Below are positions 53,800-64,000 of a DNA stretch of 64,000 bases, piece after piece. How positions within the stretch are numbered: the stretch's first letter is position 1; the number at the start of each line of letters is the position of its first letter. The stretch spans positions 4,898,001 to 4,962,000 of the forward strand of contig CDPCPM010000015.1 in the NCBI GenBank assembly GCA_976551045.1, in the 5' to 3' direction. The translations under genes were made by a program, and so were the position numbers. The notes under the pieces were generated by a model that did no database searches, was not told the DNA's origin, and saw nothing but the letters and a program-made list of their open reading frames with translations. The DNA is from Glaucostegus cemiculus. Its lineage: Eukaryota.

Positions 53800-53927
53800 C
53801 TGACAATAGACGATTGTTTTCATTCAGCTTTCTCAATGTACTCATAAGTTGATGGAAGCTCTGCAGAGCATATTCCTGGTTGGAATGATGTAGTACCTTC
53901 TGAGCATCAGAGAACAAACGAGAAACA
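53800..53927 (-). CDS. ABCA7: Coding exon 4: (I)VSRLFSDAQKVLHHSNQEYALQSFHQLMSTLRKLNENNRLLS
   Basis: 128 nt, tgtgcag / gtaaga, phase 2-1; RLFSDA motif. Confidence 0.93.
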
Positions 53928-54731
53928 CTGCACAAAGGACAGCAGAAACGTATCCATCAATAGTGGTCTACATGTAATGTTGCAAAAGTTAGTTATCAAA
54001 AAAAAGTCTCTCTCCTCTGATATGCAAGGAAAACCTGCCAATTATTAAATGCATCTCCCCTCTTTTGATGACAGGTTCGAGTGCTAGGGTTTATGGAATC
54101 TTCAGTTATCCTACTCCAGTGCCCATTCACATATGAAATACAACAGTGAACATCAACCTGCTAATTGAATGTGTTCAAGAACAGCACTTAAAGACTGATC
54201 TTTTCTCCCTTCCCTTGGAAAATATGTACAAGGATAACGCACATGGACATAAACACCAGTTTACACCTCCCAAAAATCAGGACTTTGAACACCCACCACA
54301 GAGCCCCAGCATTCCCTCCTTCAGGAGTTGTTAACTCAGCACAGACCAATAACAAAACCAAAGACATTCCTGCACCATTACGGCATGGCATGGAAATGTT
54401 CCCTTAGGAGTTTTATTTCAGTGGCATCTGTCCAGAGGACAAAAAAACCTTCATCCCTGGCCAACTTCAGAAGGACACAAAGCGCTCCTGATGTTGCTGT
54501 CTGCAGTTCACATTGTTAACAGAATTTGTGGGTTGAGTAGATAGAGAGCATAAAAGAGGATGAAGAGAGGCAAAGGAAGGGGCCTATGACTGGAGGGAGG
54601 GGGCAGGGGTGTTTAGAAAGGCAAAGGACAGTACTGGCTAGTGATACAAATGCCCAAGCTACCAGCCCCTGAGATGAAAACTGTTAAAGTGAGAGTGGAA
54701 GGGAGAAGGTGGGGAGTGTTCTAGGTTTCTA

Positions 54732-55441
54732 TACAGCTGGTTTACATTCCAACAATGACTGAAATTTTAACTACACGTAATGGACATGCTGTCCAATACA
54801 CCTCCTGTTTAAATAGAGGAAATCATGGATTTGAACAGATACTGGGGTGCAAAATTAAACAATGAAATACTGATCAAAAATTCAGTCAATTTAGGCCATA
54901 GATCCTCTTGACAAATCACCTGTCCAGAAAATCCTCATCACAAAAACACAACTGGTTCTTAAATGATTCCACAATTTTCACCTCCACTGTTATATCTAGA
55001 AGCTAATTTCACATATTGCTGATACTGTTTTAATTTAATTTCTGTCCTGATTTTATGAAGATAATATCCAGGATCAAACATTCCCATTTCATTTCTAATT
55101 TACTTACACAATAACTCCTTTTTAGGTTAAAACTCTTAAGGGGTGAAAGTTAGACCCAGGTCCCTTACACTAAAGGCACAATACAGTCATACTTAGTCAT
55201 AGAGTCAGAGAGTAATCCCATCTCACAGCACATGATGAGGATTTTCTGGACAGGTGATTTGTCAAGAGGTCCTAAGGCCTAAATTGACTGAATTTTTGAT
55301 CAGTATTTCATTGGTTAATTTTGCACCCCAGTATCTGTTCAAATCCATGATTTCCTCTATTTAAACAGGAGGTGTATTAGACAGCATGTCCATTACTTGT
55401 AGTTAAAATTTCAGTCATTGTTGGAATGTAAACCAGCTGTA
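54732..55441. repeat. 209-bp inverted repeat (54732-54940 and 55233-55441), about 6 mismatches, 292-bp spacer
   Basis: direct reverse-complement comparison. Confidence 0.95.
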
Positions 55442-56470
55442 ATCATCTGGAGACTTTAAAATATTGTCAGTGATCCAGCTTCAACCATTCTTTTGGGCAC
55501 TGTATTCCAGGTACTTGCCACTCTCTGGATCAAAAAGATCCCCTCACTTACTCTCTGAATTGCTTCCCCTATATCCGAAACCCATATCCTCTTGATTTGT
55601 CTACCTCTGAAATGGGGTAAAGTTCCCTGCAGCCTACGCCGTCAATACTCCTCAATTTTATATACTCAACCATGTCCCTTCTTAACCTTCACTGCTCCAG
55701 TGAGAACTGACAAAGTTTCTCCAGTCTGTCCTCATAACTGAATTGCTCCACCCCAGGCAACATCCTGACAAATTTTTTCTGTACTCTCTGTAGTGCTATC
55801 ATATCCTTCCTATAGTGTGGTGCCCAGAGCTGCACACAGTATTCCAGTTAATACTTATCCAAAGTTTTATAAAACTGGACCATAACCATTCTACTTCTAT
55901 ATTCAATGCTCTTTCTAACGAATGGCTAGCATCCCATATGCCTTCCTAACCATATCACCTTCAAGGATCTCAGGACTTGTACTCCAATGTCCCTCTGTTC
56001 ATCAATGCTTCCCAAGACCCTACTATTCATGGTAAATGTCCTAGCCTCATTAGTACCCTCCACACTATCCACAACTCCACCAATCTTCATGTCATCTGTG
56101 AAATTACTGATCATACCCCCTACATCCACATCATTCATGTACATTACAAACAGAAAAACTCCCAGCACTGATCCTCAGGGAACATCCCTAGACACATATC
56201 CAGAAACACCAGTCTACCATCGCCCTCTGTCACCCATTGCTTACCCAATTTTGATCTAGTTTGCCAAATCATCCTGGATCCCATAGGCCCTAATCACTTG
56301 GACCAGTTTCCCACGCGGGACCCAGTCAAAGACTTTAATGAAGTCTAAGTAATCCATATTTACTGTTCTGACCTCATCAATACACTTAGTTCCCTCTTCA
56401 AAAAAATTCCCATCAGCTTCATCAGACAGGAAAAAGCCACACTGGTCATCTCTGATTAGACCCTGTTTTC
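55185..56470 (-). mobile_element. CR1 LINE ORF2 remnant, with its tail separated from its body by the inverted-repeat arm
   Basis: YLDF.K.FD.VP.GKL, LF..YMND, FTDDMKIGGVV; tail agtcatagagtc at about 55195-55206. Confidence 0.85.
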
Positions 56471-56884
56471 TAAGTGATAATTTATTTTGTGTGTTATACA
56501 ATACTTCTGAAACTTGGTTCTGTTAAAGTTGGTCCTACTATAGTTGTTAACTGCATTAGTTTCCACTGAAGTCAATGGAATGGAATTTCAGAGCTGGAGT
56601 ACCACATACTAAGTCAGTCCAGTCTTTTCACACAACTGAGACCTTAATGATGGACATCTCTTTTCTTTCCTGCTTCCAGCTGCTACAATGTGCCTCATGT
56701 ATTAAAACTGGACAAAGTGCTCCAACATCAACTTAACGAAAGATTGGTATGATTTGATCATGACTTCCCCCAACATGCATTGCACTGATTTGTTTGTTTG
56801 GCTCAGCATTTGTTGATTCCTGTTCTGTATGGGATGGGCACAGGTACTCTTTTTGGTGAAAAAGAACATATTAACACTTCTTAC

Positions 56885-57026
56885 ATGGATTGGTTGAAAT
56901 TCCCCACAACTCCTGGAGTTTCTCCTGGTGTAGCATGCTGGAAACAAGGATTGTTAACGTTACAGATGATTCCCTGTATCCATGGCAGTGTCCCTGCTGA
57001 TGGTAGTGCTTTGTTTGGAAAATGAC
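56885..57026 (-). CDS. ABCA7: Coding exon 3: [46 protein letters not shown]
   Basis: 142 nt, gatag / gtaag; lies within ORF 56881..57075. Confidence 0.97.
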
Positions 57027-57145
57027 CTATCAAGAGAAACAAACAAATTGTGAACCCAACTGAAAGCCTGACCATTTCCTATTTAGTCTCAAGGATATCA
57101 CATTTTCTGTCTTTGTCAGACATTGTTAATTAACTTGGATGCAAC

Positions 57146-57880
57146 TCTAACATGGTAGATTACAGCTCCAGGACTGAGAAGCTGTGGTTGCTCTCCTTGG
57201 AGCAAAGCAGAGTAAGAAGAGATCTGATGGAGGTGTACACAATTAACATCTAACTTTAAACACAGTGTGGCTACAACACTTCATGTTTGTATGATTTGGC
57301 AAGCTTAACTGTTTACATGAAAGAACAGTCGACTACTATCAAACAGTTCACAGAAATCAGCATAGAATTAGAGCAGGTATTTTTACGTTTGCAAGCACAC
57401 TGGTGCTTGGAACTGGAATACCATCCCCATTCCCCGTCCTCGAAGGCAGAATTTTCATTTCATAAAACTGCTGCAGTGCAGAAGGTTGTCAGTCAGCCCA
57501 CTGAATATATGCCTGCTCTTAATCCCCTCAGCTGCATTTCCTTGGTACTTTCCTTGTAGCCCTGAAAATTCTTCTTCTTCAAACTTATCTTGAAAATTCT
57601 TCTTGATTCCATTTCCACATTTCATACAGGCAATCATTACTATCCTTTGCGTAAGCAGGTTTCCTCATTTCCTTCTACATCTTTTGTCCAAGATGTTATA
57701 TCTGTGCCCCCTCTTCCTCAATCTTCCACTAATGGGAACTCTTACCCACCCACCCCCATTTACCCTATCTAAAACAGCTCTGATTGTGTACACCTCCATC
57801 AGATCTCTTCTTACTCTGCTTTGCTCCAAGGAGCGCAACCACAGCTTCTCAGTCCTGGAGCTGTAATCTACCATGTTAGA
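57146..57880. repeat. 98-bp inverted repeat (57146-57243 and 57783-57880), 1 mismatch, 539-bp spacer
   Basis: direct reverse-complement comparison. Confidence 0.95.
57360..57880 (-). mobile_element. CR1 LINE 3' fragment
   Basis: DYS.R.EKL.L.SLEQ.R.R.DLMEVY.I...LDRV (ORF 57665..57889). Confidence 0.8.
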
Positions 57881-59243
57881 TGCAAACATTGCACCAAAAC
57901 ACTAATTAAAAATTGCAGAAAGAAAACAGCATTCCCCACACCAAATATCCTGTGATAACTTCTGTTAAAAGTAATGTCAAATATATATCTTTTGCCAAAA
58001 TAAAGGAAACTTTCTCAAGGAGCAATCAGACAGCGGGCAGTTTAATAGCTGCATGGAGCCAATACAAAGTAAAATTAGATTCCTTTATAATTTAGAATAT
58101 GCCAAGTGAATTACAAGTGAAGACATTCTACTGGAATAAAGGTCAGTAAAGAGAAAAGCTCAGAACACAGAAGTCTGGTTCACAAGGCAACTTTCACTAC
58201 TAAGGAAACCCATTATGCAGAGACTGATACTTGCCCTCAGTCACTGGCCTTCTGCCAATGACTTCTGTATGGCAGAGTCCTCTTGCTCTGAATCAACTTA
58301 TCACATGGCATTGGTCCCATTTCTACAGGTAACACTTATCAGTATGGCTTTACTCCGAGAATCAAGTTTTAATGGCAGCTCACACCAGCCTCACTTACTT
58401 TGAAAAGTGACTACCAATGTTGTACGCAATATATTCACTGAAGAGAAGTATATTACACATTCACCTACACCACAAGTCTCTGAATGCTATCAATACATAA
58501 TGTACATGTATCAATATATGTCTCTCTATATAATATAAGCATATACATGCATTCCAATATTAGGTGCCTATGTGTATATAATGAAAGTGACACTAAATAT
58601 TTTTAAAGACTGTTATCAGATCCAACACCAATTGTCCAAGTATGTACCAAGTTGTGATTGCTATTCCATTAATCCTGCTGACAACTTGCAAGTTTATGGC
58701 AGCATTACCTTTGACTTGGCTTAGGAAAGCTACAAGATAAAAAGGCAAAGAAAGAGAATGGTTTAAGAAGTAAACGATGATGTAGTAGTTTCCTGGAGTT
58801 TGATGGGGAGGAATTCAAAAGAACCTTTATGACAGAAGTGGCTAATATCCCCCGTCTCTCCAGCAGGTGGGAGCAGGATAGAGAGAAGAAAAGATGGGAA
58901 CATAAAGACTGAAAACAGTAGAAAGCACAGGAAGCTCAAATAATTGTTTCTGTTCATCCTGATATGCAAATTAGCCCCTTCCCAAAAGAGCCCACTTCCC
59001 TCTACCCAAAGGTCAACCACCTCAATGACAATTAAGATCAAAGTTTATGTATTAAGTATGGCAATTTATACAATTCCCAGAGGACACAATATGCGTACGG
59101 AATCCGTATCCACGTGAAAGTTAACACATGCACTCCAATAGGACTTCAAGTCTTCAAGTGAGGAGAGAAACAGCAAGGTGGGAATGGGTATGGCAAGAGA
59201 ATCTAGGGGAAAACATGCTCACAGGCAGCTGTATATTACTTAC

Positions 59244-59337
59244 ATTCATGTTGCTCAAATGGTGGGTGGGACTGGCGTACTGAGATTAATATAAAGAAGA
59301 GAAAGAGAGGCCATGAAAGCTCAATAACCAGTTGAAT
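59244..59337 (-). CDS. ABCA7: Coding exon 2: [31 protein letters not shown](C), TM1
   Basis: 94 nt, ttttgcag / gtaagt, phase 0-1. Confidence 0.95.
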
Positions 59338-60010
59338 CTGCAAAACAAATAGCACAGGAAATTAGTGTTAACAGATTTTAACAGGTTGCATACTGAACAT
59401 TTTGTATCACACAAAAATCTTCTTCAATATGCCTGACATTGTAATAATTTGTTCAATTTGATAGCAGAACACAATAACAGTGAACATCATGAACAGCTAA
59501 TGGCATGACTATTTTTAGAAAACAGTCATTATTGAAATGTAGGAAATATTCAGCCAATTTGCTTAACAAGCTCTGACAAACTGCAATATTATAATGACCA
59601 GATCTTCTGTCTAATTAAAGGTGTTGATTGGGAATTAATATTGGCCAGAGCACTGCAGAGAATCCTCCGAAAGAATGATTAGGATATGGAACATGGAACG
59701 GTTCAGCTAAATCACATAGATGTATTAAAGAAGCTAAATGAGAGAGAAAGGAACAGAATGATAAGATTAAGTGAAATAGGACACAAGATGTGTAGAGAGA
59801 AGGAAAACCCCACCTGGTTACTGGGGTCACCATTACCTACTCTTTGGAAAGTATCGTGCCTAATTGAACAATGTTTCATACTTTAAGAATCAACTGGCAT
59901 AACCTGGTGAAGTCACCCTTTGTTTTCCTATTAATGACTTGAAATAGGATTCTCCATCCCACACCGGGTATGAATCAATTGGTCAAAATGGTCAACTTCA
60001 TCGCCATGCA

Positions 60011-60152
60011 CAGTAAAACACCACCAAAGATGTCGGATTATCAGACTGCTGGATATTAATCTAATTAGTGTTTTTTTTAAGATATTATACAGTATTATAA
60101 TAAACACTGAACCACTGGGAATTCTGAGTAGTGGATTATCAGAATTTTACTG
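60011..60152. mobile_element. Small Tigger/pogo-like MITE remnant
   Basis: termini CAGTAAAA...TTTTACTG followed by TA; internal ggattatcag twice. Confidence 0.55.
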
Positions 60153-60396
60153 TAATACATCACCTTTTTCTATCACAGCACATATCCACCACATGGTAAC
60201 ATCACTGACAGTACACAACTGTAATATTTCATTAAGTTTAAATCAAATCAACAGTCTTAAGTGCCAGAGAACCACATTTGGAGACATCCTTAGACATGAA
60301 ATTATAGTATGAGTAAAGGATGCAGAAAGTTCAACTAATATTGGCTGGAGTCTTTGAGATAAGATATTAGAGAAACAAAAGGACTGCAGATGCTAA

Positions 60397-60725
60397 GGTA
60401 TTTATTTATTAGTCAAATGTACATCGAAACACACAGTGAAAAGAGTCTTTTTGCATTACTGAGAATGTGCTGGGGGCAGCCCACAAGTGTCACCACTCTT
60501 CCGGCGCCAACATAGCATGTCCACAACTCCTAATCTGTATATCTTTGGAATGTGGGAGAAAATTGGAGAACCCGGAGGAAACCCACGCAGACACAGAATG
60601 TTTGCAGAATGTACAATGTTTGCAGAATGTTTGCAGAATGTACAAACTCCTCATAGACAGCAGCCGGAATTGAACCCAGGTCGCTGGTGCTGTAATAGCG
60701 TTACACTAACCACTACACTACAATA
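60397..60725 (-). mobile_element. V-SINE with Rex1-type tail and an internal tttgcagaatg expansion
   Basis: tRNA-like head at about 60665-60722, V-domain ggaggaaacccacgcagacac. Confidence 0.85.
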
Positions 60726-60888
60726 CACCCAACAGGAAATTTAACTATTTTGGAAAAGATGCATCTTTTGACAGAGAAATTGGGAGGAAAATTTTAATAA
60801 AATATTAAATGGAAATAAGGCTGATGTTAAGTTATAACAATAGTGTAGAAAGTATTGAACAGGGTGCTTCTTAATGGATTTAAAAATC

Positions 60889-61128
60889 AGGGCAGCATGG
60901 TAGCATAGTGATTAGCGTAACACTATTACAGCACCAGCGATCGGGATTCAATTCCTGCTGCCGTCTGTAAGGAGTTTGTACGTTCTCCCCATGACTGCAG
61001 AGGTTTCCTCCAGGTGCTCTGGTTTCCTCCCACATTCCATAGACATACAGGTTAGTAGGTTAATATGGGTGTAACTGGGTGCATGGGCTTGTTAGGCCAG
61101 AAGGGCCTGTTACCGTGCGGTATAAAGA
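60889..61128 (+). mobile_element. V-SINE
   Basis: gggcagcatggtagcatagtgattagcgtaacac..ttcaattcc..gtaaggagtttgtacgttctcccc..gaagggcctgttacc. Confidence 0.88.
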
Positions 61129-63097
61129 TTTAAAACAAAGTTTTAACAGACTAACCCTGATATTAATCCAAACAGGCACCTTAACCAACAATCATTCTGT
61201 CATATACGATAGGTTCAGTTGTTAGCATTTTCATCTTTGAATCAGAAGATTACAGGACTTCAAAAGAAATTTCAGAAAGTGTTTCTTTCTAATCCCCATT
61301 ACAATGTGAAAGTAATGACCTGTGCTGACCCAGCCACTGGACAGCAGCTCAGATCTATTAAACAGGAAAGGAAGAGAAACACAAAATTCAGCCATGGTTC
61401 CTGCTCCCCATCACCAACAACGATGCCTATGGATTTTACACATAAGCATAATAGGACTTAGCTATGACAGCAAACTCTGATTAGTTTTATAGATAGAAAC
61501 AGCCAGTAAGATAAAAGCCATCATGACTATTCCTTGAGAGATAGGCGAATTTGCCATTATTTGCTTTCGGAGAGATCCCTAGGAAAGACCATCCCATGTT
61601 ATAGACGTTAAAACATTACGTGACCAGTGCCTATTCTCTATTAGCAACTGGCAAATGGAATCAGAAGGCAAAATTACATAATGCAATCTGAAGAGTGGAG
61701 TGCAGACTGAGACCTCCATACTGAAAACGCAGTCCTATCTTTTCCATAAATAACATCGAGGGAAAGAAAAGCCACAGCATTGAGGGATGGGCTCTGTGGT
61801 TCATGCACAGATTTTGTACACTGGTCAAGTATAAAATATGATTTGTCATTTTATCAGGGTTAAGTCAAACATTGTACGTGGACCTGAGGTGGGATCTTAA
61901 GTTGCCACCATAGATCACAGCTGCCTTGTGCAGGGATGGAAATGCCATTGATGCAGATTCCAAAGGCTGATCATGCCCACGAGTCCCCCAGTATAAAGTG
62001 TGTGCATGGTGAAGTGGTGTGGAGAAGAGGCAGTTGGCTGAAATGCCCTCTACATCCAAATAAACTCCTAACATTCAAGCTTGAATTTCTGATCAGAGAT
62101 ATTTTAAGTGTTACTAGTTCCATAATTGCACAGACTTTGCCAGCAGAAAAATTCTTAAAAATATATATATTCATGACAGCAGTGTAATATAATGCTGTAA
62201 ACAGGTGCATGAATCAGAACAAAACTATCTGTAATTCAGCAGTAATTGGTGACCTCATTCAGAAGCCAAACCCGCGTTCATTCCAGGCTGGCACTAAGGT
62301 ACATTAATGCTGCATGAATATTGAACACCACATCTTGCCATGCTAGAACAGGTGTAGAGAGCTTGGTGCAGATATCTGGTCCCTGAAATGGAAATACCTC
62401 CATTCACAACACTAACTTCTGTCATTTTTACCAAATAAAATTTAATATGCTCAAGAAAAAAAACTACTTTACAAGACTTCAGCATTAAGAAAGACTTTAG
62501 AATTACACCATTAAATTTCTCTTTGACAGCCTTTCCCCTCTTATGGGTATACAGTACATTAGTTTACGAGATAAAAATACTTGTTGGAGATGCTATTGCA
62601 ACAAATGTCACTCTACTCCTCTCCCATCATGTGTAAAACATTTCTACACCAATATGCAAATAAGCAGCAAGACTGCTAACATGGCACTGAACTAGGAAAC
62701 ATCCAAGTTACAGTCACAATCACATAGCTCCTGGGCTAGTGAAAGGGAAAAAAAGTCAGAGTTCAAATCAAATGATTCTTAGTCAGCCATTCAGAGAAGT
62801 ATCTGCATGCAGTAAACAAGAAAGGATACGATTGCTCTTGGTTCCAATCTTGCCTTCATTGAATTGTCCATCAAATAATGCTTAATTCAGTGAAATACCA
62901 CTGAACCGGCAGGACATATGGATATGTTCATTAGTAAGGAGTTTGGCAACCTCCAGAGGGAATCAAAGACGGCAAAACATTTGGTGAAAACACTCATCAA
63001 GCCAGCATTTCATGAAACCCATCCTACTTCAAATGTAAGCATTGGATGTTAAAAAACAGAGTAAAATCCAAATCAGCTTAATGAATATGAAACTCAC

Positions 63098-63163
63098 AGT
63101 TTGCCGTTTCCGATAGGTGAAATTCTTCCACAGGAGAAGTCTGAGCTGTACCCAGTAGCTCAT
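63098..63163 (-). CDS. ABCA7: Coding exon 1 (ABCA1 exon 2 equivalent): MSYWVQLRLLLWKNFTYRKRQT
   Basis: aacATG start, 66 nt, donor gtgagt; conserved ABCA LLLWKN motif; preceded by an acceptor (tctctgttcag or cacag), implying a non-coding first exon further upstream. Confidence 0.95.
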
Positions 63164-64000
63164 GTTGGTCCTTATTATTGTGCATTGGGGAGCAGAGGTG
63201 ACCTGTGCTGAACAGAGACAAAGTCTGTTTAGTTCAAAACCCCACTTGTATCAACCTGTGTTATAAACAGGATTGACCTAAAATAGTGACATTTTGTTCC
63301 CACTGTCCAATTTCCTCCTTCGAGGTACTGATCCTTGCTGCAGTACAGATTTTTGTGTTCCAGTTCTGCAGTGTTCTTGTATTTGGTTCCATGGCCGTTA
63401 ATTCTTTTGGTATATGGTTCACTCTGGGGCTTTTAGAATTCTCTACCAAAGGTTGCTCATCATATTAGTCTAAGTTCAATGTGGCAGGCCATTAATGTGG
63501 CAGCAACATAACCAAACTAAATTCTGTTCTCAACTAATCTCAATGCATTTGAATTATCTTTGGATGACAATCTGAAGCATCTAATGATCCTCCTCCTTTC
63601 TAAGCAGTGGTCCCAGCATTGCAAAACCACCAGTCCTCACCACTAAAATAGTCTCGAGCTGATCATCTTAAGTCACATGAAGGATAGACATCCAATAGAT
63701 CCCAAAGTACACAGGAAAAAAAGGCAATGAATTGCCAATGATAGTCAGGAGATGGGAGTCAAGGAGCCATCACAAGGCAGAAGCTGGGAATTTCAAAGGA
63801 CTGTCACAGAGGCAGAGTTGAGGGCAGGCAAAATAAGAATTCAACACAAATACAGTCTTGGAGCTCTGAGTCCAACTACATCAACTGGGGATCCCATCAG
63901 GATCCTCAAGACAAAAGCAAAATATGTAAACTCGCCCTGCAAAGTAAAAGGATGTTAATTTCCTTCATGTACCAATACAAAATGGGGAGTGAAAAGCTGC

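Noticed and set aside
60594-60645. Short repeats resembling a CRISPR-like array
   Set aside because: Eukaryotic intron, no unique spacers and no cas genes; a simple slippage expansion.
63208-64000. Gene promoter or first exon
   Set aside because: No CpG island or convincing core promoter is visible, and the ATG exon has an acceptor, so the start site is probably outside the window. ORF 63261..63449 looks like a weak LINE remnant.

Overview
Vertebrate genomic DNA, most likely from a cartilaginous fish (inferred from the CR1, Rex1/Babar, Penelope, V-SINE and DeuSINE repeat mix). The whole window lies within one minus-strand ABCA-subfamily lipid transporter gene. I reconstructed 21 consecutive, in-phase GT-AG coding exons (3,262 nt, about 1,087 codons) from the start codon at 63163 to the NBD1 Walker B exon at 517-654; the gene continues past the left edge. 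Exon sizes follow human ABCA1 exons 2-22, but several diagnostic residues match ABCA7. Introns are packed with decayed transposons. I see no new multi-gene system. The most unusual signals are: (i) several near-perfect short-range local duplications (209-bp and 98-bp inverted, 64-bp direct, a 14-bp fold-back); (ii) a young Gypsy element with both target-site duplications, a microhomology-joined internal deletion, and an intact sense-oriented LTR carrying a perfect ETS-CRE motif; (iii) a uORF overlapping the start codon; (iv) a 70-bp palindrome; (v) decayed hammerhead-ribozyme cores in Penelope ends. Transposon boundaries were read by eye and are approximate.
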